Shown: one piece after another, positions 40,601 through 53,379 of the stretch
Layout: every line of letters begins with the position of its first letter
Position numbering within the stretch: position 1 is the first letter of the stretch
DNA from: Marsupella aquatica
Lineage: Eukaryota > Plantae > Marchantiophyta
Direction of reading: 5' to 3'
Length of the DNA stretch: 64,000 nucleotides
Assembly (NCBI GenBank): GCA_973895155.1
Contig: OZ316899.1
Coordinates: 15,651,974 to 15,715,973 of the forward strand
Program-made: the position numbers and the translations under genes
The notes under the pieces: generated by a model
What the model was told of the DNA's origin: nothing
Database searches by the model: none
Seen by the model: the letters and a program-made list of their open reading frames with translations, nothing else

Positions 40601-42292
40601 CTCGGTGTTGTCATCTTGCCATTCTACAGCAATCATTTGGACGACTGCATCGCTCGTGGCCGGTCCAGCCTGGGCCGGTCTAGCTGCGCTCGTTCGAGCA
40701 GCGATTACCAACGGACAGTTGGCCGTGGAATGAGCCTCCGTTTTGCAGACTTGACATAGTGGGGTGCCTCGGCCATCTCCCTGACGTCTTGGTTCGGTGC
40801 ATTCCCTCGCAAAGTGTCCTGGCTTTTCACAGTTATAACAAACCGGGGATCGCCAAATCCCTGGCTTAGGAGGGATGCTCGGGTTACTGATAACCTGGAA
40901 ACTCCGGCCATTGTTTGGGTAGGGGTATGCAGTTCTACCCGCTAAAGTACGTGGACCTATCATTGAAATCTGGTACACGGAATGAGGAGGGTCCTCAAAG
41001 AAATACTCCGTGGACTCCGATTCGGGACCCGGGTTGTCAACATCATCCAGCTCTACTTGGTGAACTCGGTTCTTCCACCTTGGGCATTCCTGCACCACAT
41101 GGCCGGATTGGAAGCACTTTGAACACCACGCATGGGCTCGAATCTCAGATGGCTTCTTCTTCTCCACCGGATTTTCTGCAAGATGTACTGACAGTGCTTT
41201 GAGTCGATCCGTGATTTCGTTCAGCTTGTCTGCTTCGGCAGCCTTTGGATCTGGTATCATTCTTCGCGCCCGGGGTTTGATCTTCCCCTCCTTCTTCACT
41301 CGTCTCTTCTTCTTTTTGCTCCGGCTTCCGCCCTCCGAGTCACTTCCTGATGAACTGGAGGTAGAGGATCCGGTGCTTGAAGCTGAATCCGAACTGGATT
41401 CCATCTCCGAGCTGGACGAGGTCGAACGATGTTTCTTCTTCTTCTTGCGTTTCTTCTCCCTCTCGTCGTCCGATTCGGAGTCACTGTCACTGAAGGTCTC
41501 GTACTTACCCTTCTTGCGGCGTGCTCGCTGGCTTCGCCGGGAGTTATAGGTGGACTCCCGGTAAGTTTCGGCGCACGCTATGGCCGCCTGCATTGAAATT
41601 GGATTATTCTGGCGTACCCAAAATTGCATATTCGTGGGCAAACCATGAAGGAACCATGTAAGCTGGAGCGCGTCTCCCGGCCTGGGCCGGATCTTGGCCG
41701 CAAGTTTCTGAAACTTCTGAATGAACTTCCGCAGGGACTCCTTCTTTCCCATGCGAAGCTGGCCAATCTTTAATAGAGAACGCTGTTCTGATCCAATGGC
41801 ACGAAACTCCTGCAGCAATGCAGCTTGGAATTGTGCCCATGTAGTCCCGGGTGGCAATGAGTTGTACCATGGATGAGCTTCTCCCCGCATCACCCCCGAG
41901 AGGATGGTTAGCTTGATGGCGTCTTCCCCATTAGCTTTAGCAGTGGCTTCAAACTCATCCAACCATTCATCCGGATCGTCCCCATGACGCCCCTTGAAAG
42001 GTCGATAATGAAATCGCGATCGTTGCGATATTTGTGGAGGAGCTTGAGCAGCACGGGCCATCGGTGGAGCGGCTGCCATAGGTGGTGGTGGAGGTGGCGG
42101 TGGTGGTGGTGGTGGCGGAGGAACCACAGCAGGACCGGTCGAACCGGACTCCGAAGGTCCCGGGGGTATGTTCATACGTTGGGGCGATTGCGAGTCCTCC
42201 GAGCCTGAAGAATTGGAACTTGTCGTGGTTGCACTTTCTTGTTCGCTGGTCAATCTCCTCAAGTAAGCTGCTTGAGAACGAGTGACGGGCAT
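37675..42292 (-). pseudogene. gag-pol polyprotein (Gag, 3 CCHC knuckles, protease, RT, RNase H); integrase absent
   Basis: CSKC..GH....C, CYNC..GH....C, CQVC...H....C; VLVDGGAGVNIM; FLDGYSGYNQI; MPFGLCNAP; FIDDF; HVYVDVS; ARWVLLLQEF; NADFFSR. TGA at 38435 and frameshifts near 38200 and 37940. Confidence 0.92.
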
Positions 42293-42384
42293 TTACTCAT
42301 ATAAATGCGATGGTTAGTACTACATCGTGATGTATCCTGCCTAGGTGAATACGCACATGTCTCCCCTCTACGATATGTAGAGTG

Positions 42385-42403
42385 CCCCCTCCATCTAGCG
42401 CCA
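42385..42403 (-). other. Putative primer-binding site TGGCGCTAGATGGAGGGGG
   Basis: Starts with TGG, 12 nt inside the LTR end (...TGACA on the minus strand) and upstream of the gag ATG. Confidence 0.6.
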
Positions 42404-42415
42404 AAACAAAGGCTA

Positions 42416-45400
42416 TGTCACGTCGTCGGCTGCGGCCTTAACTCAGACTTCAGCTTAGACGGGCACATCCCTCGTAAATCTGAGGGTTCGGGCAGGAAGG
42501 GAAGCATGTAATGCACCTTATTCTCGTAAACTAGCGCTAAGTGCGCATACTGCTAAATACGGACACCTCCTAGGTATGGTTTGTATTCCGCCGTCGGAAC
42601 GTACCTTAGTCGATAGCAGGATCGACCCCGGCTTAAGGGCTTCTAAGCCTTCGTGCTGTCCGCCTTCGATCCGGATTCGATGATACAGGTCCTCAACCCG
42701 TGCTTGCAACCACTTACCCGCAGGCTGCACCCTGTGCACGTCTTGAGTAGTGCGTTTGGCCTGGCGCTGTCACCCATATACGAGAAACCCACACACATAC
42801 ACGCGCACATGCATACAATCTCGATTTACACGAAGGAAAATGATGGGAAAGGATTTTACTACAAAGGGAACATATGCGTACACTTAGTTGACCCGACAGC
42901 CCCGGAATGAATAGGTTCAAGGCCGAGGGTGCACACTACAACGGAGCCCGGCTCTGCACTCGCCCGGCGAGCTTAGTCCTACCCCCTCCCCTTGGTACTC
43001 TTTCATTCCCAGAGGTCGGGACTCCCCGCACATACCGCGGACGTCCAACTCTACAACTAAAAACCCCCCCTGCCTCTACCGAGGGGTGCACTAAATACTA
43101 AGGGACGAGGGACGGGGTGTCCTCTCGCCGAAGATTCGCTGACTAAGGTCCTAACTAAGCTGACAGTCAGGCCGGAAAACGGTTGTGTCTTATTAGAAGA
43201 TCCTAATCTACGCAGGTTGGACAGCATGGCAGCGCTGCTGTACCTAAGGCAGGTGCCTGTCCCAAGAGCCTGACTAAGCCAGTCCTAAGCTGTCTCCTCT
43301 GCTGCCTCCTGACATGCCTCCTCCAGCTGTTGGGCGTCGCTCGTCAGTTTACCCGCCAGCTGGTCCTGCTTCTCGGCCTCGGTTTGGAGCCGCGCCACCT
43401 CGGCCTGCAGCGTGGCTATCTCCGCCGTGTCCCGCTGGGCCCGTTCCTCGGCCTCCTCCAGGTCTTTCTGCCAGGTGACGGTTTGATTCTTCAAACTGTC
43501 AATCTGGTTCCGGAGTCGTGTAATCTCGGCCTCGTTCCCAGCTTTGGCCTGTTCGGCTAGGGCGGTAAGAGCGTGCGCCTTTGCTAACAACTCATCGGCG
43601 GCTGCAACCTTGGGTCGTAGTTGCAGAAGCTCAGCCTCTTGAGCCGCAACTTTGTTCTTTAGGTACACGGACTCCACCCGGTACCGCTCTATCCTCTGAA
43701 GGGCCTCTGACTGGGCCTGACCTACCTTTACTGCGGCAACCAACTCCTGATTGAAGAAACAGGCTACCTTCCGGGCCATGAACTCCCCGGTATCCCGGGC
43801 AATTTGATGAGAGAAATCTCCCAGAAGCCCGTTCAGAAATGTACCCGGTACGAAGAGTTCCGGGTGGTCCAGGTTGTGCCTGTCCGGAGTTGGGCACGGG
43901 CAGACGTCAACACGCGCGGGGGGCGGGGCAGTGACGTCCAGCCCTGGGGACGTAACGTTGGAAGGGGCTGGAGTGTCCTCCTGCAGCAATGTCCGGTTCT
44001 CCAGAATAGCCACCGGTGGGTCTTTGGGAGACCCGGGCTCGGGTAAGACCTCCGCCGTACTGACTTCTATACTTAGCTCGGCTTGTTGGGTTGCATCAAC
44101 GGTTGCGACAACCGACCCATCCGGTACCTCCTCGGTTACGACTACAGCTACTTGTGGAGGTGGGGTGGGTGAAGCTGGCGTGTCCGCTGGACTTCGGGCC
44201 TCGGGTTGGGGCCGTCTCTCCAAGGCCGGGAAAACCCACCTAGCTGGGACCAGCTTTGTAACGTTGACACGGGGAAGGGTTCGTCAATCAAACCGGGCGT
44301 ACCACTCAAGAATGATCTCGATGTGGCTAGCGAAATATGCCTTCCCGCCAATGTACAGCGTCTTTCTTCGCCGCTCCATCTCTTCATGGAATTTCTTAGC
44401 AAAGTACGACGCCCACTTCCTAGGTCGATAGTTCTCGACCTGGATAACTTGGGCGGCGGAGATCTCCCCCTGGGGTTCCATCATGTGGAGGGCGTACCTC
44501 TGGAACTCCAGTCGCTCAGCTATCTCGGGGATGAGGCAGGTCTTCATCACGAACCCGTTGTCCACTGCTCCCTCTGAGGGAAAACTTGAAGATTGGTACT
44601 TGGCTCCCTTGCCCCCGGGAGCCCGTGATTCGACTCGATGGTCACCTTCGGGTAACCCAAAGATCATCCTGAGCCGTTCTTCCGTGAGGGACATACTCCT
44701 TCCCCGCAGCCGAGTATGTTGACGCACGTCGTCATAATTCCTAACGAACTCCGTCATGTCCTCCCCGTAGTACTTGCAAGTGTTCCAGGGGAGGGAGGCG
44801 AGGTGCTCGAATCCCTGAGTCTTCAGGTACACCGCATGCTTGGGATGGAGGATGTTTTTGTGAACGTTTTCCCCCATGCGGTGCATCGTCACCTTGGCTA
44901 CGGCTACCGTGGCCAACGGTAATCCGGATGCAGTGGTGGATTCCTTCCTCTTCTTCCCCCGTGACTGGCTCGGGGAAGGTGACACTTCCCCATCCTCCCG
45001 ATCGGGCCTGGGTAGTGCCACTGCCATTAGTAACGGGCCCGGGGCGGCCATGGTCACCATGTTGTCTGCCGGGGCCGCTCCTGGGGTCAGAGCAGGGGGT
45101 GGGGACGATATAGTGTCGGCCCCCTGAGCGCTTGTTCCTCTGGGCCGCCTGGTCAAGGGTGGGGTAGCCTCGTCGTCATCGCTAAGATCCACGGCGTTGA
45201 TGACGGAGCGTACTTGTGCTGGCTGGGCGATTGGTGGTGGGGTTTGGCTAGGTAGATAGGAACTGCGTCCAGAATCGAATGGCCGAGCTGGAGAGGATCG
45301 TGTGCGACATTCAAAGGAGATAGTAGTGGCGACTTAGAGCGAACGAGAGAGCTGGGGTCGAAGCTGGCACGTGGACTGATGGACTGGTGCACTACAAAGG

Positions 45401-45775
45401 GTTGGCTCCCCTTTTATACCTTGAGGGCTTGTCGATCCCCCGACGTCTCCTCGACGCCCATAGGCTGAACCGCTCACGCTTGTGGTGTACCGGCCACTCC
45501 GCCGGTCTGAGTCAGCGTGTGTCAATGGACGCTTCTTAAGTACGTTATATGGACCCGAGGGAGGGGCCCCTCCACGCTCGTAACCCGGGTGTGCGAATAG
45601 CAACCCGCCGCCAGTCCGAACCTGAATTCCCCCTTATTGCCTAATAATGTCCTACCCATAATGATTACCTAAATACTGTCGTTATGCTAATAATAGCGGC
45701 CTAAGACACTCCTAAGCACGTGCTAAGCGCAGTTAGACCGAATCACTCATTAACCGCCGTACTGGTGGCGTCACA
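42416..45775 (-). repeat. 5' LTR (3.36 kb) containing a second copy of ORF A (43285-45250, disrupted)
   Basis: Direct repeat of 28474-31460, plus a unique 520-bp outer segment ending at the TSD. Confidence 0.85.
45412..45418 (-). promoter_or_regulatory. Candidate LTR TATA box (TATAAAA)
   Basis: GGTATAAAAGGGG on the minus strand, ~360 bp from the LTR outer end, followed by a pyrimidine-rich leader. Confidence 0.55.
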
Positions 45776-47392
45776 AAAACTACTACTTCTTCTATGTCTT
45801 CTGCACCTGTTGTTGTTGTACCGTGATCCAAAGCAGGATCTGGGCAGCCACTGAGTCCTCCCGAAGCCTCTCACCGTGATCCAATCCACCCTCCACTTTC
45901 AACCCGAGCTAGGTAAAAGGATCAACAAAACAATGCCAATACCCGATTCAAGGTCAGACCTTTTATCACACATGCAAACACCAAAAAACCCAGCTGAACT
46001 GGAAAAAAAAATCCCGGGGTCCTCACTTCTTTTCTTCCGACCCATCACGCGCGAATATGTATAGGGTTTTTTATTGGGTTTAGTGAAATACTTTTAAATT
46101 TTTGTTGAAGAACATTAGGGTTATTTAAATCCAATTTTGAGAATTATAAAAATCATAGGGTTTTTTAAAATCAAATATGGGAATATTCTTGGAATATTCC
46201 ATTAAGTTAGGGGTAAAAATATTCATTAAAAAAACTTTCTTGACTTAACTTTTAGGGTGTTTATTCCCCCAAATTTTTGAGCGTGATATGGGACACCCCT
46301 TGGATTGAGGCCCCTGAGAAAAAAATGAGGAAACGGCACTGGTCAAACTTCTCACAGAGCACTGGCTTTGGCCTCTGATGGAGACCACCACATGGGTTAC
46401 AGCCGCCTGCCCTACCCTGCCCCGCCCCGCTGTTGTTGCTTGGATCATTTTCTTGCTACCGCTGTATCCTAAACATGAGCTCCAATAGGCACACTTTGCC
46501 AGTTTCCATCCGTGCAGCTAAGAGCTGAAAAGAGAGAACGGGCATTCGAGTAGATCCACGTTCAAGCTTGTCGAAGGAGGAGTGCAAGGAGCAAAGAGAG
46601 GCTCGGATTTGAGATGATAGGGCTCCCGGACAGGCTAAAATATTTGACTATAGAAAACCAATTGAATCTATCAAAGCTCCTAGTGAATCAATTGAATTTC
46701 CTCCTGTCCACATTGACAAATAACGGAAATAAGTGCCTCATTTCATTGCAATGTCCCACTAAATTTGACAGCATAACCGCATCAGCAGGAGGTGGAGAGT
46801 AGATTGGCAGGGCTGAATCAAGAATGAACTCCAAACTTAAATAGCTAAGTTCAGTTCGAGCAATTGAGATCTACCGAAAAGAGATCTTTGTAGTACTACA
46901 TGTGTCTCTGGTGGACGCGATTGAAAACATTGTTGTATGAATTGGAAAGCTCATCACCATGGCCACAAAGGTACACAACTTCATCAGTTATCAGTCACTG
47001 ATATCAGTCTGTGCCCGAAACTCAGTGACGCCGCCGACATGGACTTAATTCACACCCACAGTCAAACCCTATGTCGTCGTCCACTCCGACATTGTTTTGG
47101 TTCGGACAATTAGTAATGTCGGCTGCCTCTTTGACCATCTTGGTGCCCTTTCTAACCATCTTGGCGCCCTCTCTAAGATATCCTTGGAGTGTTGTTCCAT
47201 CTCGGCTGAGCTTGCCAAGATGAAAACATACCCAGCAACATGTACAACATAGCATATCAAATAGGAGCCACATTAAGAACGTTTGGATGACACACTTTTT
47301 ATTAAGCTTTGTACCAAACTTTACAACGATGTTGTCTATCTCAATTTTCTGAACTAAATTCCACTAGGCTGTGTCTCCATCTTCCATCCTCT

Positions 47393-48194
47393 CTACAGGG
47401 TAATTGTTTGGCAGACAAGGTCCACAACAATCTTTTGCCACATGATGTCTATAAGTGCAGGGTCAAAGTTCAGTACGCCGCCTCCAGAAATACGCTCCAT
47501 GTAGATAATGATATATACACCACAATTGTAATCATCCCCTTGACCTGGAATGTTATCTCGGTAAATGCGTGGCCATTCTAATGGACATAACAAGGTACGA
47601 CCCCGCAAGATGGAGAGGTCCGAAAGAAACTGAGCTACTTTGAACACTTCTGTGCCATCCTGTGCTTCGGGCACAAGCGGATCAAGTAAATGCAGTTGCC
47701 GCAAGGCAGTATCAACCACAACTAGTACCCAGTGTTTTGGCCGGTAGACGGGGATTAAAATGTACTCGTGCTCCCACATTTGAATGGCCCGCCAATATGC
47801 CAACGCTGCGTTGAAGTTATATTCTGGAGTTGTCATCACTTGGTAAAAATGTGTTGGCAAAACATGGCCTTGGGTTTATGAAGGGTTTGTGCTCTTCGTT
47901 CCAATAAAGCAATGTAAGCATTGATGACGTCGCAAGTGATCCATTTTTTTGGCCTCAAGCATTTTAATGTGCCCTCGTCAAGTGCACGTCCTCGATTGTC
48001 ACTATGACCTCTTTTTGGTCCGCCTTGGGGTCCAATGCCTTCTTCACTATCGCCAAAAATTTGGATGGTTGCTGTTGTGCGGGCACTCCTTTGTTTGCAA
48101 GCCCCACCTCTTTCACTCTTGCCCGGGGAGTCAGCCCCTCATTCACTAGTTGCTCAGGTCTCTCCTGAGCTACAATGAAGGTAAATTCATTCAA
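47393..48194 (-). pseudogene. Ulp1-like (C48) SUMO protease, transposon-type, frameshifted
   Basis: WITCDVINAY (manual translation), ILIPVYRPKHWVLVVVD, LLDPL and QGDDYNCGVY give the H-D-Q-C catalytic set. Frameshifts near 47865 and 47960. Confidence 0.85.
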
Positions 48195-48607
48195 ACATTA
48201 CTCTTTGGAACTGGAGCTTGATAATCTTATACTTACATGGTGAGTTTGGAGACTGTCACTTCCTACCGAGCTACTCTCATCCGATTGACCTTCTTTTGCC
48301 CTATCATCGACAAATTTGAGAGTTTTCCTTTTTCTCTCTTTTACACAGCGAGGCACTATTTCTTCATGATGGGTATCAGCAGCGTAGCATGGAAGGGTTA
48401 ACTTCTCCGGCGAGAAATATGCCGAAGCTTCCTCCCACGCGAGCTTGACAAGCCGTCTGTCCTAGCTGTCCCATTCCGCTATAGCTGACTCGGTAGTCCT
48501 GTCGGGAACTGCTACTAAGTTATACTTAAATCCAATCAAATAATGTATTGCGCCCAAAATAGACGTAAACAAGAAGGCATCTGTCGGGGAAGGTAGTCGA
48601 CATGGAT

Positions 48608-49412
48608 CGACGGATCTCGGAGAGGCCAGCCGAGATCACTCTTCCTGAGACGGATCTCGGAGAGGCCAGCCAAGATGACTATTCCTGAGACGGATCTCAG
48701 AGAGGCCAGCCGAGATTGACTATTCCTGAGACAGATCTTGGAGACGCCAGCCGAGATGACTTCCTAAGATGGATCTCGGAGAGGCTAGCCAAGATGACTG
48801 TTCCTGAGACGGATCTCAAAGAGGCCAGCCGAGATTGACTCATCCTGAGACGGATCTCGGAGAGGCCAGCCGAGATCACTCTGCCTGAGACGGATCTCAA
48901 AGAGGCCAGCCGAGATTGACTCTTCCTGAGATGGATCTCAGAGAGGCCAGCCGAGATTGACTCTTCCTAAGACGGATCTTGGAGAGGCCAGCCAAGATCA
49001 CTCTTCCTGAGACGGATCTCGGAGAGGCCAGCCAAGATGACTATTCCTGAGACGGATCTCAGAGAGGCCAGCCGAGATTGACTCTTCTTGAGACGGATCT
49101 TGGATAGGCCAGCCAAGATCACTCTTCCTGAGACGGATCTTGGAGAGGCCAACCGAGATGACTATTCCTGAGATGGATCTCAAAGAGGCCAGCCAAGATT
49201 GACTCTTCCTGAGACGGATCTTGGATAGGCCAGCCAAGATCACTCTTCTTGAGACGGATCTCGGAGAGGCCAGCCGAGATGACTATTCCTGAGACGGATC
49301 TCAGAGAGGCCAGCCGAGATTAACTCTTCCTGAGACGGATCTTGGAGAGGCCAGCCGAGATCACTCTTCCTCAGACGGATCTTGGAGAGGCCCGCCAAGA
49401 TCACTCTTCCTG
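48608..49412. repeat. ~39-43-bp tandem array (~19 copies) with internal inverted repeat ATCTCGG-N9-CCGAGAT
   Basis: gagacggatctcggagaggccagccgagat(c/tg)actcttcct repeated. Confidence 0.95.
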
Positions 49413-49613
49413 AGTTGCATGTAGAGGAATGAATCTTGGTGAGGCCCGCCAACATGCATCTCAAGTTAGGACTTGCCCTCGCTTGTAGAGGAGGCCAGAC
49501 ACTATGAATGTCAACGAGGTCAGCCGACATGCATACATATCGGCGAGGCCGCTGACTTGTATCCCTCTATTGTCAACCATTGCGACGAGCAAGCAAATAT
49601 GAAATGAACAACG

Positions 49614-50520
49614 TCAAACGCCAGAAAACTTACATGTTGTTGGGAGTACTGCTGGCTTTTTCTTCTTGCACTTTTCTAGATTGGCTTTTGAACGGACCAC
49701 CTCTTCCTCCTCCGGGGAGATCACTCCAACCAGTTGTGCCAGTTGGTCTTGCGCACAAGTTCCGAAGTGAGGATAGGATTCAGTCCCAAACACCATCCGC
49801 CCGCAATTTTCACCCGCCTTGAATATTGCCCCAAACTGTGCGTTGAAAGTGAGGATAGTTGCCCCATGGTGTGTTGTATATTTGATGATACATTGGAGCG
49901 TTGCTGGTGACAATGTGCCCGCAAAAGGATCGTTAACCTGATTCTTCTTGGAGATGTATAGTTCGTTAGCCCATTCCTACTCTTCATATCGAGCTCTGCA
50001 CTAATTGGTGCCACATCGTCCTTTGGGCATATCTCCACAGCAGATTGAAACCCCCACAGGTCTAGCTTGAGATATTTGCTCTGGATCGGCCAAACATATT
50101 CAGAGGTCAGACTTCCTCAGTTTAGGATAGTAAGTATTGGAATAAAAAATAAATGAAGAAGTAGTAATTGATGGGACTTACTCGCTTCCCAGTCCTACCA
50201 TCGTAGGTGGGTGTGTCATTCCAGATAAAGAACCTTTCTTTCAACCCCCAGTTGGTATTCTCGTAAACTAATGCATCATAAATGCAAGTTGAGTGCCAAA
50301 GCAAACCACTGTGCATGATGGCAAACAGTCCTTCGGAATCAAGGACATCTCGAGCAAACTCCTGAACCTGGTTCAAGTCGTCCTCCCGGAACGAATTCCA
50401 CAACGGGGTGGACTTACCCTCGACCATACGCGTGTCCGTTCCCATATGTATCAGAATTAAATCTGCACCAGTCTTGACTTGCTTCCCCCTTTTCTCTAGG
50501 CATTTTGACGCAAACCTTCT
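49614..50520 (-). pseudogene. Degenerate N4/N6 DNA-methyltransferase-like domain
   Basis: GADLILIHMG...PLWN...FARDVLDSEGLFAIMHSG and SPATLQCIIKYTTHHGATILTFNAQFGAIFKAGENCGRMVFGTE are collinear with the MTase-like segments at 58558-59612. Confidence 0.55.
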
Positions 50521-50574
50521 CGCAATAGCTTGTATTAATGAGTGTGTGTATTGTCAAACTGAATATTGACACAC

Positions 50575-51910
50575 AATGAGCCACGAGGAACAATGCAAGG
50601 GTAAGGGGACCCTATAATAAACCCTAAACGACGGGGAGGGAGGGATGCGAGGGGAGTACGGGAAGAAGGCCTAAGTGCTATCCGGGCTCCCAAAGCAGTG
50701 ACGTTTGAAGAATGGTGCGGGGATTGATTTACTTTGTATTTTCATGGCACGACTGTCTTTTTTGGGCATCCGGGGCGAGAAAAACACAAAACTAGGGTAA
50801 ACCCTAAACCGTAAATGGTAAACCCTGAACCATAAACGGTAAACCCCAAATCGTAAACCTGAGTTGGCATTTGGAGGATGACAGGATTGTAGTTGATCCC
50901 TTGGTGTATAGGGGGTCGTGGGAGGGAGCCACAAGGAACAACACAAGGGTAAGGGAACCCTATAATAAACCCTAAATGATGGGGAGGGAGGGATGCGAGG
51001 GGAGTACGGGAAGAAGGCCTAAGTGCTATCCGGGCTCCCAAAGCAGTGACGTTTGAAGAATGGTGCGGGGATTGATTTACTTTGTATTTCATGGCACGAC
51101 TGTCTTTTTTGGGCATCCGGGGCGAGAAAAACACAAAACTAGGGTAAACCCTAAACCGTAAATGGTAAACCCTGAACCGTAAACGGTAAACCCCAAACCG
51201 TAAATGGTAAACCCCAAACCGTAAACGTGAGTTGGCATTTGGAGGATGACAGGATTGTAGTTGATCCCTTGGTGTATAGGGGGTCGTGGGAGGGAGCCAC
51301 AAGGAACAACACAAGGGTAAGGGAACCCTATAATAAACCCTAAACGACGGGGAGGGAGGGATCCGAGGGGAGTACGGGAAGAAGGCCTTAGTGCTATCCG
51401 GGCTCCCTAAGCAGTGACGTTTGAAGAATGGTGCGGGGATTGATTTACTTTGTATTTTCATGGCACGACTGTCTTTTTCGGGCGTTCGGGGCGAGAAAAA
51501 CACAAAACTAGGGTAAACCCTAAACCGTAAATGGTAAACCCTGAACCATAAACGGTAAACCCCAAATCGTAAACGTGAGTTGGCATTTGGAGGATGACAG
51601 GATTGTAGTTGATCCCTTGGTGTATAGGGGGCCGTGGGAGGGAGCCACGAGGAACAACGCAAGGGTAAGGGAACCCTAAAATATACCTAAATGACGGGGA
51701 GGGAGGATGGACAGAGTTGATGCGAGGGGAGTATTGGAAGAAGGCCGCAGTGCTATCCGGGCACTCAAAGCAGTGACTTTTGAAGAATGGCGCGGGGATC
51801 GACTTGCTTTGTAATGTTGGTTCCTTTGTATTTTCATGGCAAGACGGTCTTTTTCGGGCATTCGTGGGAAAAAGACCACGAAAAAGACCGCAAAGACCGG
51901 GCATTGCGAT
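50575..51910. repeat. ~350-370-bp satellite, block 1 (~3.7 units), containing degenerate CCCTAAA heptamer runs
   Basis: Repeating unit gaagaaggcc..gtgctatccgggctc...aaaccctaaaccgtaaatggtaaaccctgaacc... Confidence 0.92.
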
Positions 51911-53379
51911 TGCTGGGCTGCACGAAAATGTATATAGTCATAAGTTTCTCCCATGCACATGATGGCCATAGAGTTACGGTCTAGAGGCTTCATTCTAGAC
52001 CTAGGCTCTTAAAAGTAGACCTCAGTTGGTGCTTTTATAAAAATATTTCTATTTATATTAAAAATTGATCTCAATGGCCCCACCATATTATATGTGCATA
52101 AGTAGGATGTGGGATAGAAAAACTGAAAGCGGGATGTGCATAGAAAACAGTATTATGGTATGTTATGTATGATTATTAAAATGATGATATGCATGATAAT
52201 TTTTTATCATTTCATTAACCTTCAAAACATGTGAATAAGGAATATGTTTTGGTGACATTTTTATTGTCCTCCCCGCTATTCACGTTCAAAGAATGGGTAG
52301 TTGGGGCTAGTAATAATAATCAGCCGCTTCAAAACACAATATGTTTTTTTCTCCACAGAAATTTGAGACGGGAGGTACTGTAGCGGCCACCACATCTTAG
52401 AGTCCAAAAATTCTATTTTAGTTATATTAGTTAAATGACAAACTTTATTCCCAATTTCTCAATTTAGTTGTAAAATGAATATAATTATTTTGATCTTGGA
52501 CCGATGCAATCAGGATAGAGGGCAGCTTGGGCAGACATTTATTTCTGATGGTATTTATGGGTATGACTGTGTTAAAAACACCAACCGTAAATTTGAAACT
52601 AGCTTATTTTTTTATCAATTAGTAAAGGGACATTCTAGGGAATATAGGTATTTTGATTCTGGAATGCATCTTTCTTATAAAGCGCCAACTACAAGCTACA
52701 GTTGGGGCCAAGAGTGAAGCCTCTAGACAGCAACTCCATAGTCATCATGTGGACCGGAAAACTCAAGACCATGATGTATGTCAAATGATAAGCATGTATG
52801 CTTTTTGTCATGATTTATATTTACATTAAAAAATGGGCTTTATGGCCACCATAACATATGTGCACTTAGGAAGAGGGATGTGCATAGAAAAGAGTATGGT
52901 ATCAATGTTATATATGATTATTAAAAGTAGACCAATTACCCGTTCAAGCTTGAACGTAAACAGATTTAAAGAAGTAAATGTTGCACAATAATGTTTCTAG
53001 GCTATTTCCGCCAATTTTGGTCACGTACTTGTTTTTTCCCCCCATTTCAGTTTTATCTTTATTTGGAGTAATATCATTTTTGTTTGTACTGGGGTCACGG
53101 GCCTACGCTATTCACGTTCAAAGAACGGGCACTGTAGTTGGGGCTAGTGATAGTATGTTGTGCATCATTTGGCAGCTCCCTTTTCTTGTTTGGAAAATAA
53201 TGTCACTATTTTGTTCACACTAAATGTAAGTGTGTTTTCTGGTTTATCCCTTCTGTTAGTTCCATCCAAAGACGACAACTGCAAAATGGTATTATACTTC
53301 TTGATAGTTATTGTTTGATTGATTGATTTACGGCAACAACATTTGCAGGGCCCCGGGAGAGATGGAGCCACGGTGAACT

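Larger units (their letters stand above)
28474..45775 (-). mobile_element. Rearranged Ty3/gypsy (Tat/Athila-like) LTR retrotransposon, 17.3 kb
   Basis: TG...CA termini, AAAAC 5-bp TSD (28469-28473, 45776-45780), long direct repeats starting at 28474 and 42416, and gag-PR-RT-RH on the minus strand. Confidence 0.9.

Noticed and set aside
48608-49412. Possible CRISPR array or repeat-protein ORFs
   Set aside because: A pure tandem repeat with no unique spacers; the ORFs are repeat artefacts.
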